Shown: positions 36,482 to 47,454 of the stretch, one piece after another
Numbering within the stretch: the stretch's first letter is position 1
Layout: each line of letters opens with the position of its first letter
From: Verrucomicrobia bacterium UBA1200
GTDB taxonomy: Bacteria > Verrucomicrobiota > Kiritimatiellia > RFP12 > UBA1067
Reading direction: 5' to 3'
DNA length: 64,000 nt
NCBI GenBank assembly: GCA_002309765.1
Contig: DBXY01000058.1
Span: 8,989-72,988 of the forward strand
Notes under the pieces: generated by a model
The model's input: only the letters and a program-made list of their open reading frames with translations
Database searches by the model: none
Told to the model about the DNA's origin: nothing
Made by a program: the position numbers and the translations under genes

Positions 36482-37605
36482 GTTTTTTTCATGCTGAAGA
36501 TCCACGCCGCAATCAACGCGGTACTGGGGGCGACAAAAATCAGCGAGAAACTGCCTATCAGGGTCTTAACGACTTCAGACGCAACCAAGGCGTTGTTCAA
36601 AAAATCCAAGGGGTGTGTCCCCTGGGTGCAGAATACCATCAGTAATGTAATGTAGCCGCCGGAGTACGCCAACAGCAACGTGGTGGTCATAGTGCCGACC
36701 ACGCTTCGTCCGATACGCAACCCGGAAAGACAGAGTTCACGTCCGGACAGTTCCGGATTGTGCCGTGCCACCTCGTCAATGCCCGACGCGATATCCATCG
36801 CCAGATCCATAACCGCGCCCGAACTGGCCAGCACCATCGCCCCAATGAACACATCCTGCAAGTTAAGCGATTCAAATCCCGAATAAAGCAGCGACTGTAC
36901 GTAAGGCATGGTGGCGCCGTTGATTTTCATCAGCCGTCCAAACGTATGCGCCAGACCCAATCCGGCCAAAACCCCCACCGACGCGCCGAGGAAAGCCGAC
37001 ACGCCCTTGCGGGACAGACCCGCTACCAAATACATTATAACAGCAGTGAGCCAGCATACCGCCGCAAAGACCGTCCAGCTCACCGGCCAGCCGTGCAACG
37101 CCAGCGGAATCACGGCCTTCCAGATTACAATGCAGCTGTACAGAAAACTGAATAACGCCTTGACCCCCACCCAACCGCCAAAGGCACAGAGTAACACGCA
37201 AAAACCGCCAAACAAAATCCAGCCCCAACCCATCCGGTACTGGTCACGGGCGATCAGTGTGGCGGAGTCCTGCGCGTCATCGCCGTTTTGCAACACCACC
37301 ACCGCTGTGTCGCCGGGATGGAAATCCTTGTCCAAATCCATCTGGGCCCGGATTTCGTTTACCGCGTGGTAAGTCTTGCCTTTCGCAACCCCTTCAAGGA
37401 TTTCAACCGTCAAATGCTGGGAACCGTAACGCAGCAAACCCAACATCTGCACTGTGGAATTGTCAACTGACAACACCTTGGCCCGAACCGCAACGCCGTG
37501 GTCGCTGGCCAGCTGTTTAGGTGACGGTATGAACCACATTGCCGCCGCCGACAGCAACATCACCGTCACCGCCAGCAGGTTTGCCTTATAAGTTGACAAT
37601 CGCAT
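36472..37605 (-). CDS. YibE/F family membrane protein
   Basis: 377 aa. An N-terminal TM segment and a soluble beta region are followed by about 6 TM segments with GMVxxxSGAVMDLAMDIASG, typical of YibE/F. Confidence 0.7.
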   Translation of the reverse strand: MRLSTYKANLLAVTVMLLSAAAMWFIPSPKQLASDHGVAVRAKVLSVDNSTVQMLGLLRYGSQHLTVEILEGVAKGKTYHAVNEIRAQMDLDKDFHPGDTAVVVLQNGDDAQDSATLIARDQYRMGWGWILFGGFCVLLCAFGGWVGVKALFSFLYSCIVIWKAVIPLALHGWPVSWTVFAAVCWLTAVIMYLVAGLSRKGVSAFLGASVGVLAGLGLAHTFGRLMKINGATMPYVQSLLYSGFESLNLQDVFIGAMVLASSGAVMDLAMDIASGIDEVARHNPELSGRELCLSGLRIGRSVVGTMTTTLLLAYSGGYITLLMVFCTQGTHPLDFLNNALVASEVVKTLIGSFSLIFVAPSTALIAAWIFSMKKTVR

Positions 37606-37612
37606 GAAACGA

Positions 37613-39016
37613 TTATTGGTAGAGTTGTTTAATCCGGTTCGCGATTTCCGTGTTCTCGTACATGCCGATAAAATGGTCGGCGTATTTTCCGGTGCTGGTG
37701 GTCAAAACCGGCAGCGCGGTATGCGAGCCCGAAGACCATCCCACACCCGATTTGTCGCTGATCAGCTTGCGGGCGGCATGGTGCAGTGAACCCTTGTTGA
37801 AACCGGCCTTCAACTGTTCGATCTCGTTCGGCCGCAAGAGCATCGGATTGCCTTTGGTACCGGCGTTGGCTTTGGCGAACTTCTCCCCCGCCGCCTTGTC
37901 GTCAGTGCCGCCTTCCTTGGCCTCGAACACAAAACCGAAATATTTGGTAAGCAAAGGCTTTGCGTCTTCAAACGAAAAATCCGGTTTCTCCTTTTTGGCC
38001 TTCCTCAGAATCCGGGCGAATTCGTCGGAGGAACACTTCTGGTGCACCAACCGATCCATGTGGAATGCGTAACCGGTACCGGCGAACCCCATCGCCATGC
38101 CGCCGGTCTCGTGGTCGCCGGTAACAATGAGTAAGGTTTCGTCGGCGTGTGCCTTGGCGAAGGCCAAGCCCACCTGAACCGCCTTGTCCAACGCCAGAAC
38201 GTCACGCAGATTTGCGGCAGCGTCATTTGAGTGTCCGGAATGGTCAAGCGTACCACCCTCGATCATCATGAAAAAGCCGTTGGGATTGTCCAGCAGTTCA
38301 ATGCCTTTTTGGGTCAATTCCGCCAAAGAGGGATAAACCGAAAAATCGGTGTCAATGTCATAAGGCAACTCACCCTCGCAACAATGTACCCACACCTTGC
38401 CATCGCCGGGTTTTAGCGCGGTGAACCCCGGCTTGTCCCAAACCATCTTGTAACCCACCTGCGCCGCCAACTCGTAAACGTTGCCCCGGTATTCCGGATC
38501 CTTCTTCTTGTCAAACGCTCCGTCCAGACCGCCGCCGGCGAAATATTCAAAACCGGACGCGATCAAATCCAACCCGATCTGATAATACAAACCGCGATTT
38601 TTGCGGTGCGCGTAAAATCCCGCCGGAGTGGCGTGGCAAATCGTTACGGTGGTTACGATACCGACCTTCTGGCCGTTACGGTGGGCAACTTCGGCAACGG
38701 ATTCAACCCGGTTGTTGTCTCCGTCCACCCCTAAAGCGCCGTTGTAGGTTTTGGACCCGCAGGCGATGGCGGTGGCGGCAGCCGCAGAATCGGTAATCAG
38801 CGAAGTTAGCGATCTGGTCCGCGTGGTGGCATGGTACGGCAACATATTCATAGCCAACTCGCCATGGTTGGCGTTACGGGCGAACTCCTCCGCCACCATC
38901 CGCTGCGGCGTGGACATTCCGTCGCCGATGTACAGAAAAACATACTTGGGCGGTGCGGCAAACGCCACCGCCACGGTAAAAGCCAAACAAACCCCTATAA
39001 ACAGATTTTTCATCAA
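37613..39016 (-). CDS. alkaline phosphatase (PhoA family)
   Basis: 467 aa with signal MMKNLFIGVCLAFTVAVAFA. Metal/active-site blocks YIGDGMS, TDSAAAATA (nucleophilic Ser), DHSGH and TGDHETGG. Confidence 0.85.
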   Translation of the reverse strand: MMKNLFIGVCLAFTVAVAFAAPPKYVFLYIGDGMSTPQRMVAEEFARNANHGELAMNMLPYHATTRTRSLTSLITDSAAAATAIACGSKTYNGALGVDGDNNRVESVAEVAHRNGQKVGIVTTVTICHATPAGFYAHRKNRGLYYQIGLDLIASGFEYFAGGGLDGAFDKKKDPEYRGNVYELAAQVGYKMVWDKPGFTALKPGDGKVWVHCCEGELPYDIDTDFSVYPSLAELTQKGIELLDNPNGFFMMIEGGTLDHSGHSNDAAANLRDVLALDKAVQVGLAFAKAHADETLLIVTGDHETGGMAMGFAGTGYAFHMDRLVHQKCSSDEFARILRKAKKEKPDFSFEDAKPLLTKYFGFVFEAKEGGTDDKAAGEKFAKANAGTKGNPMLLRPNEIEQLKAGFNKGSLHHAARKLISDKSGVGWSSGSHTALPVLTTSTGKYADHFIGMYENTEIANRIKQLYQ

Positions 39017-39147
39017 CAGTCTCCATCAGTTGAATTTCATAATAATTTACCAAAAATTCCCCTGCAAGTCAAACCGCCAATTTTCAGCCCAAAAGGTTGC
39101 AAATGTCACAAAAGGCGAAAAAAGGCCGTCATATCCGCTGGGGATTG

Positions 39148-40233
39148 CTAAACGAACTTTTCGCCATCGGGGCGGGAAGCGATTTTCCCGACTAGCTGCT
39201 TTAATTGGCCCAGCTGGTTACGGGGGCAAACCAGCGTAGCATTCGCGGTGTTCACCACCACCAGATCGGAAACGCCAATCAACGCGGTCAGGCGGCCTTC
39301 CGACACCATGATATTATTCCGGGAATCCAGCGGCACGCACTCGCCAACCGCCACGTTGCCGTTATCGTCGGCCGGGAAATGTTCCGCAACCGCCGTCCAG
39401 GATCCCACATCGTCCCAGCCGAACTCCCCTCGGGCCATAATGATGTTCTTCACATGTTCCATCACCGCGTAATCGATGGAGATGGCCCGCAACGGCGGAT
39501 ACGCCTCGCGAAGCAAACCCGGAATTGGGTCCAACCCGTCCAATTCCGCCACCCGATCGGAAAGCGCGGCCAGATCCGGAGCGTGTTCGGCCAATGCCGA
39601 CCGCATTACCGAAGCTTTCCAAATGAACATCCCCGCATTCCAGAAATATTTCCCCGAAGCCACATAACCGGCGGCGGTCCCGGCATCCGGCTTTTCCACA
39701 AAACGCAAGGCGCGGTTAAAACAAGTCGGCAAATCGGCAGGAACAGCGTCGCCCGTCTCAATGTATCCGAATGTGGTGGCGGGATAAGTCGGTTTGATGC
39801 CAATTGTTACAATCGCGTCATGGTTGGCGGCTACCGCCACCGCGTCGGCAAGCGTCCGGCGGAAAATATCCACTTCACCCATCAGCTGGTCGGCGGTCAG
39901 GATACAAACGATCCCGTCGGGATTTAGTTGACGCACCATGCCGCAAGCCACGGCAATCGCCGCTGCAGTGTCGCGCTTACAGGGTTCCCCAACGATGTTG
40001 CGACGCGGGACTCCCGTCGCGGCCGCAATGGTGTCTGGCACCAAGCGTTCGGCGGTGATAATGAAAATGCGGTCGGGCGGTATCAACGGCGACACCCGTT
40101 CCACCGCCTGAGTAAGCAGTGCCTTACCGCCAAAAAGCGTGACAAACTGTTTAGGACGCGCTTTAGTGCTTAACGGCCAGAAACGCTCGCCACTGCCGCC
40201 CGCCAAAATCACCACATAAGCATTTTTATCCAT
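39148..40233 (-). CDS. mannose-1-phosphate guanylyltransferase (nucleotidyltransferase domain only)
   Basis: 361 aa. N-terminal YVVILAGGSGERFWPLS (GxGxRxxPLS) and left-handed-helix-free GMP-type blocks FVEKPD, YFWNAGMFIW. Confidence 0.8.
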   Translation of the reverse strand: MDKNAYVVILAGGSGERFWPLSTKARPKQFVTLFGGKALLTQAVERVSPLIPPDRIFIITAERLVPDTIAAATGVPRRNIVGEPCKRDTAAAIAVACGMVRQLNPDGIVCILTADQLMGEVDIFRRTLADAVAVAANHDAIVTIGIKPTYPATTFGYIETGDAVPADLPTCFNRALRFVEKPDAGTAAGYVASGKYFWNAGMFIWKASVMRSALAEHAPDLAALSDRVAELDGLDPIPGLLREAYPPLRAISIDYAVMEHVKNIIMARGEFGWDDVGSWTAVAEHFPADDNGNVAVGECVPLDSRNNIMVSEGRLTALIGVSDLVVVNTANATLVCPRNQLGQLKQLVGKIASRPDGEKFV

Positions 40234-40260
40234 AACCGTCCCCCATTACCCAACACGGCT

Positions 40261-40863
40261 TCAGCCGCAACGAGTAAGTGTCAGATACCGCCCTTTTAAA
40301 ATTTGTTTTTCACCCGTGAAAAAGCCGACCGCGTCAGAATAATCCAACGGCGCTCCGGTCGCGCCAAGCCCTGAAAAATCGGTGCGAATCTCAGCGCCGC
40401 CCCGACCAACCGGAGCGAAATGCGCGGCGCAACCGTAACCGCCGCCGGTTTCCTCGGCGTAAATCCAAACGCACTCGCCGCCGTACATCAAAGCGTCCAA
40501 CAGCCCCGCCTCAACGGTTTCCTCGCCTGCCGCCAACGCGGTGTACGGCTCAACATTCCCGGTAAAAATCGACCACAATCCCGGCGCGGCGTTGTAAACC
40601 GACGAACTGAATTTGCCGGGCGACACCTCGCCAGTCGCGTTAAAAAGCTCCACTTGCCGGCGGGTCAAAGTATCCTCGCCATCCCGCGAGGAAAAGAACA
40701 CCGGCAATTTGGCAGCGGCCTCTCCCAACGCATGGCCCAAGGCAAAAGTCCCGCGCTGCAACAGCGAAAGCCGACGGCGGTTTAACGGCGGGACAAAGGA
40801 AACATCCGGCGTTTCCCCGGGCTTCCATTGCGCAAAACTAACCACCGAAAAACGATCCGACAT
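40261..40863 (-). CDS. beta-ketoacyl synthase N-terminal-like / chain-length-factor-like protein (no catalytic Cys seen)
   Basis: 200 aa. It resembles the short Ketoacyl-synt_2-type partners of FabF-like enzymes (RRRLSLLQR...FSSRDGE...FSSSVYNAAPGLWSI). The start lies 1 nt after the KS stop. Confidence 0.55.
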   Translation of the reverse strand: MSDRFSVVSFAQWKPGETPDVSFVPPLNRRRLSLLQRGTFALGHALGEAAAKLPVFFSSRDGEDTLTRRQVELFNATGEVSPGKFSSSVYNAAPGLWSIFTGNVEPYTALAAGEETVEAGLLDALMYGGECVWIYAEETGGGYGCAAHFAPVGRGGAEIRTDFSGLGATGAPLDYSDAVGFFTGEKQILKGRYLTLTRCG

Positions 40864-40864
40864 A

Positions 40865-42094
40865 CTAAGCCCGTTTGAAAATCAATGATGTGTTGACTCC
40901 GCCAAAAGCGAAGTTGTTGGTGGCCACATAACCGGACTGGAAACTCCGTCCGCCACCAGTAATGAAATCCAACTCCCCGCACCGCTCGTCAGGTTCGGTC
41001 AGATTTAGGTTAGGCGCATACCAGTCGTTACGCATCATCTCGATCGAAAGAATCGCCTCCAGCGAACCGCAAGCACCCAAGGTGTGGCCGGTATAATTCT
41101 TGATGGTACTGACCGGGGTATGCGCCCCGTACACCGCCGCCGTAGCGGTGCCTTCGGCAATATCGCCCTGATCGGTGGCGGTGCCGTGGGCGTTGACGTA
41201 ACCCACCGCCGAAGCATCCAACCCGGCATCGTCCAACGCCATCCGCAACGCGGCGGCCATGGTTTCCCGATTCGGTTGGGTTATGTGCCGCCCGTCAGTG
41301 TTGGTACCGAAACCGACCACTTCCGCCAAAATTTCCGCTCCGCGCGCCAAAGCGTGCTCACGCTCCTCAAGCACCAAAGTTGCGGCACCTTCGCCGATTA
41401 CTAAACCGTCGCGGTTGCGGTCAAAAGCCCGCGGGGTAAGTTCTGGAGAATCGTTGCAGCGGCTGGTGGCGAATAGCGTGTCGAACACCGCAACCTGGGT
41501 GGGGCTGAACTCTTCGCCGCCGCCGGCGATCATAATCTCCTGAAGCCCAAACTTAATCGCCTCGTATGACAACCCGACCGCCAGACTGCCGGAGGTACAG
41601 GCGGTACCGGTGGGCAACAACCGCCCCGTGGTACCAAAATGGACGGATAGGTTCACCGCCGCCGTTTGCGGCATCATCTTGATGTAGGTGTTGCTGGTGA
41701 CGTTTTTCACCTCGCCATCGGTAACCACGGTAAAGAAATCGGCTATCGCATCCACACTGCCGGACGATGAGCCATAAGCCACGCCAAGCCGCCCGCCCCG
41801 CAGTTCAGGACTCTCCGCCAGCCCGGCCTGTTCCAACGCCTGTTCGGTGGCGTTAAGCGCCATCACGGAAACACGGCCCATGGAACGGATAACCTTGCGG
41901 GTATAACGTTCCGGATAGACGAAATTATCGATCGGGGCGCAAAGCTGCGTCTGCAATCCTTTGATCCGCGCCAATTCGTCGGAACATCTCACCACGTTTT
42001 TAGGCACTTTGAGGCGGTTGAAAGCCGAAGCCACATCCAACCCCAACGCACTCACCACCCCGTAACCGGTCACCACAACGCGACGCATCGACAT
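40865..42094 (-). CDS. beta-ketoacyl-ACP synthase (FabF/FabB-like)
   Basis: 409 aa. Catalytic triad contexts TACTSGS (Cys), NAHGTATD (His) and GHTLGACG (His). C-terminal NNFAFGGVNTSLIF. Confidence 0.85.
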   Translation of the reverse strand: MSMRRVVVTGYGVVSALGLDVASAFNRLKVPKNVVRCSDELARIKGLQTQLCAPIDNFVYPERYTRKVIRSMGRVSVMALNATEQALEQAGLAESPELRGGRLGVAYGSSSGSVDAIADFFTVVTDGEVKNVTSNTYIKMMPQTAAVNLSVHFGTTGRLLPTGTACTSGSLAVGLSYEAIKFGLQEIMIAGGGEEFSPTQVAVFDTLFATSRCNDSPELTPRAFDRNRDGLVIGEGAATLVLEEREHALARGAEILAEVVGFGTNTDGRHITQPNRETMAAALRMALDDAGLDASAVGYVNAHGTATDQGDIAEGTATAAVYGAHTPVSTIKNYTGHTLGACGSLEAILSIEMMRNDWYAPNLNLTEPDERCGELDFITGGGRSFQSGYVATNNFAFGGVNTSLIFKRA

Positions 42095-42106
42095 ACTCTC
42101 CTTGCG

Positions 42107-43309
42107 TTAAATCAGATGGCCCATCTTGTCCCGTTTGGTTTCAAGATAGTGGCGATCAAACTGGTTCGGTTCAATAACAATCGGTACCCGCTCGGCGATA
42201 TTTAAGCCGTAACCGACCAAACCGATAATCTTGCGCGGATTGTTGGTCATAAGCCGAATATCGCTCAACCCCAAATCAGACAGTATCTGCGCCCCGACGC
42301 CGTAATCGCGCAAATCCGGGGCGAACCCAAGCTTAAGGTTGGCCTCCACCGTGTCCAAACCGTGTTCCTGAAGTTTATACGCATGCAGTTTATTGGCCAA
42401 CCCGATGCCGCGCCCTTCCTGACGCATATAAAGCAACACCCCGCGCCCTTCTTTGGCAATCATCGACATCGCTCCGTGCAACTGGTTCCCGCAATCGCAA
42501 CGGCATGATCCAAACACATCGCCGGTGAAGCATTCGCTGTGGACCCGCACCAATGGCGGCGGATTGCCGCGCAAATCCCCCATAATCAGGGCCAGATGTT
42601 GCAAACCGTCAGGTTGCGATTGATACATCCGCAACCGGAAATGACCATAGACGGTGGGCATATCCACCTCTTCGACCATTGAAATCAACCGTTCGTTGCG
42701 GCGGCGATACGCGATTAAATCCGCGATGCTGCATAGTTTCAGCCCGAACCGGTCCGCCACTTTGCGCACATCCGGCAACCGGGCCATCAGACCGTCGTCC
42801 TTCATGATTTCGCAGCACAACCCGCAAGGCTTCAGCCCCGCCAAACGCATCAAATCAACCGTGGCTTCGGTGTGGCCGGCCCGTTGTAACACCCCACCCG
42901 GCCGCGCCTCCAGCGGAAACATGTGGCCTGGGCGGCGGAACTCATCCGGCGACACATCGTCGCGTACGCAATTCAACGCGGTTATGGAACGCTCTTCGGC
43001 GGAAATCCCGGTACGGGTGGAAATGTGGTCGATTGAAACCGTGAACGCGGTGCTGTGGTTGTCGGTGTTTTCCTCCACCATCTGGCGCAAGTCCAACCGC
43101 CGAGTCATTTCCGCGGTCATCGGCATACAGATCAACCCCTTGGCATGAGTGGCCATGAAATTGATGTTTTCCAGCGTGGCGAATTCGGCGGCGCAAATCA
43201 TGTCACCTTCGTTTTCACGATCTTTGTCATCCGTGACCAAAATTATCCGGCCCTTGCGAAGTTCTTCCAGGCAATCTTCTACCGAATCGAAACTATCATC
43301 ATTGTTCAT
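42107..43309 (-). CDS. ribBA: bifunctional 3,4-dihydroxy-2-butanone-4-phosphate synthase / GTP cyclohydrolase II
   Basis: Start set at the ATG at 43309 ([13 protein letters not shown]). DHBPS block [21 protein letters not shown] zinc and active-site blocks [24 protein letters not shown] and [16 protein letters not shown]. Confidence 0.9.
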   Translation of the reverse strand: MNNDDSFDSVEDCLEELRKGRIILVTDDKDRENEGDMICAAEFATLENINFMATHAKGLICMPMTAEMTRRLDLRQMVEENTDNHSTAFTVSIDHISTRTGISAEERSITALNCVRDDVSPDEFRRPGHMFPLEARPGGVLQRAGHTEATVDLMRLAGLKPCGLCCEIMKDDGLMARLPDVRKVADRFGLKLCSIADLIAYRRRNERLISMVEEVDMPTVYGHFRLRMYQSQPDGLQHLALIMGDLRGNPPPLVRVHSECFTGDVFGSCRCDCGNQLHGAMSMIAKEGRGVLLYMRQEGRGIGLANKLHAYKLQEHGLDTVEANLKLGFAPDLRDYGVGAQILSDLGLSDIRLMTNNPRKIIGLVGYGLNIAERVPIVIEPNQFDRHYLETKRDKMGHLI

Positions 43310-43319
43310 TTCGCATCCC

Positions 43320-45152
43320 CTACTCAAAGAAGGCGGCGGACAACACCCCAACCGCTTCGGCGTCCAAAACGAAAACCAGATTCTGTCCCCTCAGCAGCGC
43401 GAAACGTCCGCCGTCCGAGGTCTCGCCGCCCAACGCCAATATCTTGCGTACCGCATCTTCGGCATCCACATCCACACTGACGGTCATCCATGGCTGACGC
43501 AAACCGCACCGGTCGAGATCATCGGCGGCAACACCCAGCTTTTCCACCCGAACGGCGCGGAGATTAGCCAACAAACCGGCGAACCGGTCAAAATTCTTAC
43601 GGTTCAACGTCCTTTCCACCGTCGCTGGTTTCCACGGCGAATTGGCATCGGTTCTTTCCACCTGCTCCGAAACGCTATCACCGTAACTGCGGATTATCCG
43701 TCGCAAACTGGCCGGATCCAACGCCAGCACCTGTTTGTCGTGAAGCGAATTAAGTCCATCGCCAGTCAGCAGCGCCGCTGGGAAATTGGTTTGCGCGATA
43801 CGATAATAAACCGGATTTCCGGCGAAAGCCAACAACAGCGTGTCCGGCTCGGCCGTATCATTGGACACCGTAAAATCCCACTCGCGTTGGTCGTCGGCGA
43901 CCTTGAACGTCACTTTATGTTTGGCAGCAAATTCTTCGGGGATGTCGGGGGATGTCTCATTGCGCGGAGAGGTTCCGGAAGCCTTGAGGCTCAACAGACC
44001 GGAAACCGCCTCACGGACGGCGGACTGGTCGGCGCGGCCCGGCAACGGCGATTCCAACTGCCAAACCCCGCCGGTCTGAGTCATCGCGAAATCCGTATCG
44101 TCCATGGTCACGCGAAGTTTGGTCAACCCGCTCTTGAGTTCGGGGAAGAGCGACCAATCCCGCAATTCGTCCGGGGAAACCCGAAAGACCTCCGCGACCC
44201 GGTTGGAAACCACACCGATTGAACGCCCGCCGTCCATCAACACGTATGTGCAATTCGGGCGGTCCGCCGAAGCGGAACCAAACACCCAACGCACCGGGTT
44301 ATCGGATTGTTCCTGTTGGACTTGGACAAAAACGCCGCGCTCCTCGTCCAACCCGTACAGTCCCCGCCGGGTCTCCAAAGTCGCATTCTGCTGTTTACCG
44401 TCCGATTCGGCCGTCGCAGCGGGCCAGACGAAACTTTCCGAGCGGGCGGTTTCCACCGCTTCCAGCATCATTGCCACCCGCGTTTCCATTGCCACCGCCG
44501 ATGACGGTTGGCGCAACATCCAACGATTGCCTTCCCGCTGCAGACTGACGAACGGGCGGCCCGGCGAGCGAATCTCAATCGACTTGATCCGTCCCGCCAA
44601 CGGGTTAAGCAAACGGCGGACACGCAAATCATCCGCCGTGACTGGCAGCACGTTAAAAAGCGAGGCGGGTAGAATCAACACCTGGTTATGTTCCCCGAGT
44701 CGCGCGTACACTCCGGATTTAGAAGGGGTGAAAGTTCCGAAAGCCACCGTCATCAAGGTCTTGCCGGCGTTAATCGTCACCTTCGCTTTCGGCGGTGCCA
44801 GACCGAACTCCAACAGCGAAAGCCCGCGGCGGCGCAACTCGTCGAAAAACAGCGCGTCCTCCACTTTTGCGTCTTCAAAACTATCCAACAGCCGCTGGAC
44901 AACCGAACCGTCGGCAGCCGCCACGAACGGTTCCAGCAACTCCCAGCCGTCGTCACTCCGCAACAGCGAAAACCTTTCCGTGCCACGACTGACCGACAAC
45001 CCGTCCGCGTTGTCCAAAGGCGAATCCACCAACATCACGCGGGTTTCATTCTCAGCCGGCAGCCACCGGAACCCCTTGCGGGTATACCACAGCACCGCCA
45101 AACAGAACGCGATACCGATTAAAAACAGGATGATTATTCTCCGGTTGCCCAT
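43320..45152 (-). CDS. DUF4340-like protein (N-terminal TM anchor)
   Basis: 610 aa with anchor [19 protein letters not shown]. The repetitive beta-rich architecture and the position directly after a GldG-like gene match the usual GldG-DUF4340 pairing. Confidence 0.6.
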   Translation of the reverse strand: MGNRRIIILFLIGIAFCLAVLWYTRKGFRWLPAENETRVMLVDSPLDNADGLSVSRGTERFSLLRSDDGWELLEPFVAAADGSVVQRLLDSFEDAKVEDALFFDELRRRGLSLLEFGLAPPKAKVTINAGKTLMTVAFGTFTPSKSGVYARLGEHNQVLILPASLFNVLPVTADDLRVRRLLNPLAGRIKSIEIRSPGRPFVSLQREGNRWMLRQPSSAVAMETRVAMMLEAVETARSESFVWPAATAESDGKQQNATLETRRGLYGLDEERGVFVQVQQEQSDNPVRWVFGSASADRPNCTYVLMDGGRSIGVVSNRVAEVFRVSPDELRDWSLFPELKSGLTKLRVTMDDTDFAMTQTGGVWQLESPLPGRADQSAVREAVSGLLSLKASGTSPRNETSPDIPEEFAAKHKVTFKVADDQREWDFTVSNDTAEPDTLLLAFAGNPVYYRIAQTNFPAALLTGDGLNSLHDKQVLALDPASLRRIIRSYGDSVSEQVERTDANSPWKPATVERTLNRKNFDRFAGLLANLRAVRVEKLGVAADDLDRCGLRQPWMTVSVDVDAEDAVRKILALGGETSDGGRFALLRGQNLVFVLDAEAVGVLSAAFFE

Positions 45153-45155
45153 CGT

Positions 45156-46691
45156 TTACCGTCTCCTGCTGATTAATGAATAGAACCAGAAAACCCCGAG
45201 CAACCCCAAGGGCAAAAACAGCGAAGCCGCCAGCGTTAACGACATCCACTCCCGGCGCGACATCCCGGTGAACAGGGTAGCGTCACCGCCCAGAGACGGC
45301 GCGGTTCCGGTCTCCACCCCCGCCAACCACGCGACAGCGTTTACAAACAAATCACGGTTGGCGTTGGCACGTGATGCCAACACCCCGTTCATAACAAAAT
45401 CATGCTCGCCAAAAACGCAAATGCGGGTCGGACGGAACGCCACATCGCTAGCGACGTTGCCGCCCCATTCCACGGCAGCCGCCATCGCGACGGGACCGGG
45501 AAGATCGCGCGCCGGGTCAAACACCCGCGGCCGAGCTTCGGGTTCTGATTCCCCCCATCCGTCATCATCGCTCAAAGTCAACAGCGTAACCTTGGGGCGA
45601 TCCAGCCCGATGGTAACCTCCTGGCGCACGGCGACACAAAGCGGATGACCGAAAACCACCGAAACGCCCGACAAGTCGCGGGTTACGTAGTGATCGCCGA
45701 AACGGGTGCAATACACTTCGTCACCGGTAAGGGTCTTGCCGCTTACCGCAATTTTATCGGTAAGCTCCACACCCCATTGCGACATCAGCGGCTTGAAATT
45801 GTTTTCCGCCGAGGGGTTCAACAACAGCAACAGCCTTCCGCCGCGCTGGAGATAAGTCGACAAAATGTCCAACTCTCTGGCCGTGAACGCTTTGCGCGGA
45901 CCGGCTGCCACCAGGACGCTGCAATCGGCCGGCACCGTATCGTGACCCGGCAACGCAAGTTCCCGCAACTCGAAACCGTCACGGGCCACCTCGCGGGCTA
46001 CCGTTGAGAAACCGTAAATGGAATCGTAATCGTCCATCCGCGCTTCGCCGTGGCCGGTCAGCCAATACACTACAGTTCGCTCGTTGGGCAACGCCAGACG
46101 GGCAATCGCCGAAGCGCAAACGCTTTCACCGCGAAAAATTCCCAAATCGCGTCCGGCGCGCTTGGTTTCCCACGGCATCCGGTTATCACGGTTATCGGGA
46201 TTGTCAGAATTACCCGGCCCCATCAACGCCGACTTTTCGGTAAGCATATCATCCAGCGTAACCACCACCCGACGGCGCTGGCGCTCGAAAACCAAGGCAT
46301 TTTCCGGGATATTCTGCGAAGTCAGCTGGCTGGCCCGAGCGAGATCCCAATGCGGATCCACGTATTCCACCCGAATCTCCGCACCTGCGACGCGGCGCGA
46401 TGCCGCGCTCAAACCGCGGAGCAATCTGGATACCGGGCGGAACATCGGATGGCGGCGATCCATAAAACACGCCACCCGGATGCTGCCTTGGCTTTCGGAA
46501 AGCATCCTGCTGGTGCGGGCGGACACACTGAGCAAATGATCGACCGGGTTTTCCCAAGTGAAGTTTACCCGGTACGCTACCGTGACCAAAAGTACCGTAA
46601 GCGCCGCACCAAGGATAACCGCCAAAACGGAGGAGGCGCGAAGCATTCCATAGTTCTGACCGCCCGGCGCGGCGGTTTTTCCTGATTTCAT
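45156..46691 (-). CDS. GldG-like ABC-transport auxiliary protein
   Basis: 511 aa with N- and C-terminal TM anchors and a large periplasmic domain (VYWLTGHGE, GGRLLLLLNP blocks), as in GldG / ABC_transp_aux proteins. Confidence 0.7.
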   Translation of the reverse strand: MKSGKTAAPGGQNYGMLRASSVLAVILGAALTVLLVTVAYRVNFTWENPVDHLLSVSARTSRMLSESQGSIRVACFMDRRHPMFRPVSRLLRGLSAASRRVAGAEIRVEYVDPHWDLARASQLTSQNIPENALVFERQRRRVVVTLDDMLTEKSALMGPGNSDNPDNRDNRMPWETKRAGRDLGIFRGESVCASAIARLALPNERTVVYWLTGHGEARMDDYDSIYGFSTVAREVARDGFELRELALPGHDTVPADCSVLVAAGPRKAFTARELDILSTYLQRGGRLLLLLNPSAENNFKPLMSQWGVELTDKIAVSGKTLTGDEVYCTRFGDHYVTRDLSGVSVVFGHPLCVAVRQEVTIGLDRPKVTLLTLSDDDGWGESEPEARPRVFDPARDLPGPVAMAAAVEWGGNVASDVAFRPTRICVFGEHDFVMNGVLASRANANRDLFVNAVAWLAGVETGTAPSLGGDATLFTGMSRREWMSLTLAASLFLPLGLLGVFWFYSLISRRR

Positions 46692-46695
46692 CGCG

Positions 46696-47454
46696 TCATC
46701 CTTTCAAACGAATCCACGCCAGCCGCTTAGAGCTGGCAAAGAGGAAAAACAGGCTGGGGAACAAGTACGCCGCTACCGTTGCGGCGGAATACAGCCCGGT
46801 TGAGAAATCGTACACGTGCACGAGCTGAGGCATCGACGAGGTTTCGGAACGGATCGACGGCACCCAGAATAAAACCGCGACGTACAAGGCCACCGGTAAG
46901 CCGCAGCACAACACCAGCGAACTCACCGCCGCCGAAGCTTGGGTGCGCGAATAGACGGAAACCATCAGTCCGGCCGAACACCACAGAGCAGCCTGCAACA
47001 GCAGAATCAAAAATGTCGGCGCAAACGGGAGCAGTCGGCAACTGGCGGCCAGCGGCGGCGACACCGCCGGCAACACCGCCAGCGGAACCAACAGCGACAG
47101 CCCGATGGACACCGCCACCACGGTCATCGCCGAAAGAAATTTTCCCATCACCAGATCCCGTTCCATAATCGGCGACGAAAGCAGCAACTCAATCATACCC
47201 GAAGAGCGCTCCTCGGCAAAGAGCCGCATAGTAAGCACCGCGCACAACACCGGCAGCCAAAGCGATATCGACAACCCCCAAACGGTAGGCAGTTGCAACA
47301 CACTGCCCTCTGCCTGACGCAGCGCCGCCACAAAACTCCAGCCACAGACCGCCAAAAACGCCGCCACCGGAATCGCGCAGGAATAAGCCCCGCCAAAGGC
47401 ACGCACCTCTCGGCGCCATGTAACGCTTATCGCTCCCATACCCCCCCCTTCCAA
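46696..47454 (-). CDS. ABC-2 type transporter permease (GldF-like)
   Basis: About 250 aa with 6 TM segments and the characteristic RLFAEERSSGMIELLLSSPI block. The start abuts the helicase stop at 47455 (or uses the ATG at 47439). Confidence 0.75.
   Translation of the reverse strand: MEGGGMGAISVTWRREVRAFGGAYSCAIPVAAFLAVCGWSFVAALRQAEGSVLQLPTVWGLSISLWLPVLCAVLTMRLFAEERSSGMIELLLSSPIMERDLVMGKFLSAMTVVAVSIGLSLLVPLAVLPAVSPPLAASCRLLPFAPTFLILLLQAALWCSAGLMVSVYSRTQASAAVSSLVLCCGLPVALYVAVLFWVPSIRSETSSMPQLVHVYDFSTGLYSAATVAAYLFPSLFFLFASSKRLAWIRLKG

Noticed and set aside
43310-43319. FMN riboswitch upstream of ribBA.
   Set aside because: Only 10 nt separate ribBA from the preceding gene, so there is no room for an RFN element. 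ribBA appears to be read through from upstream.
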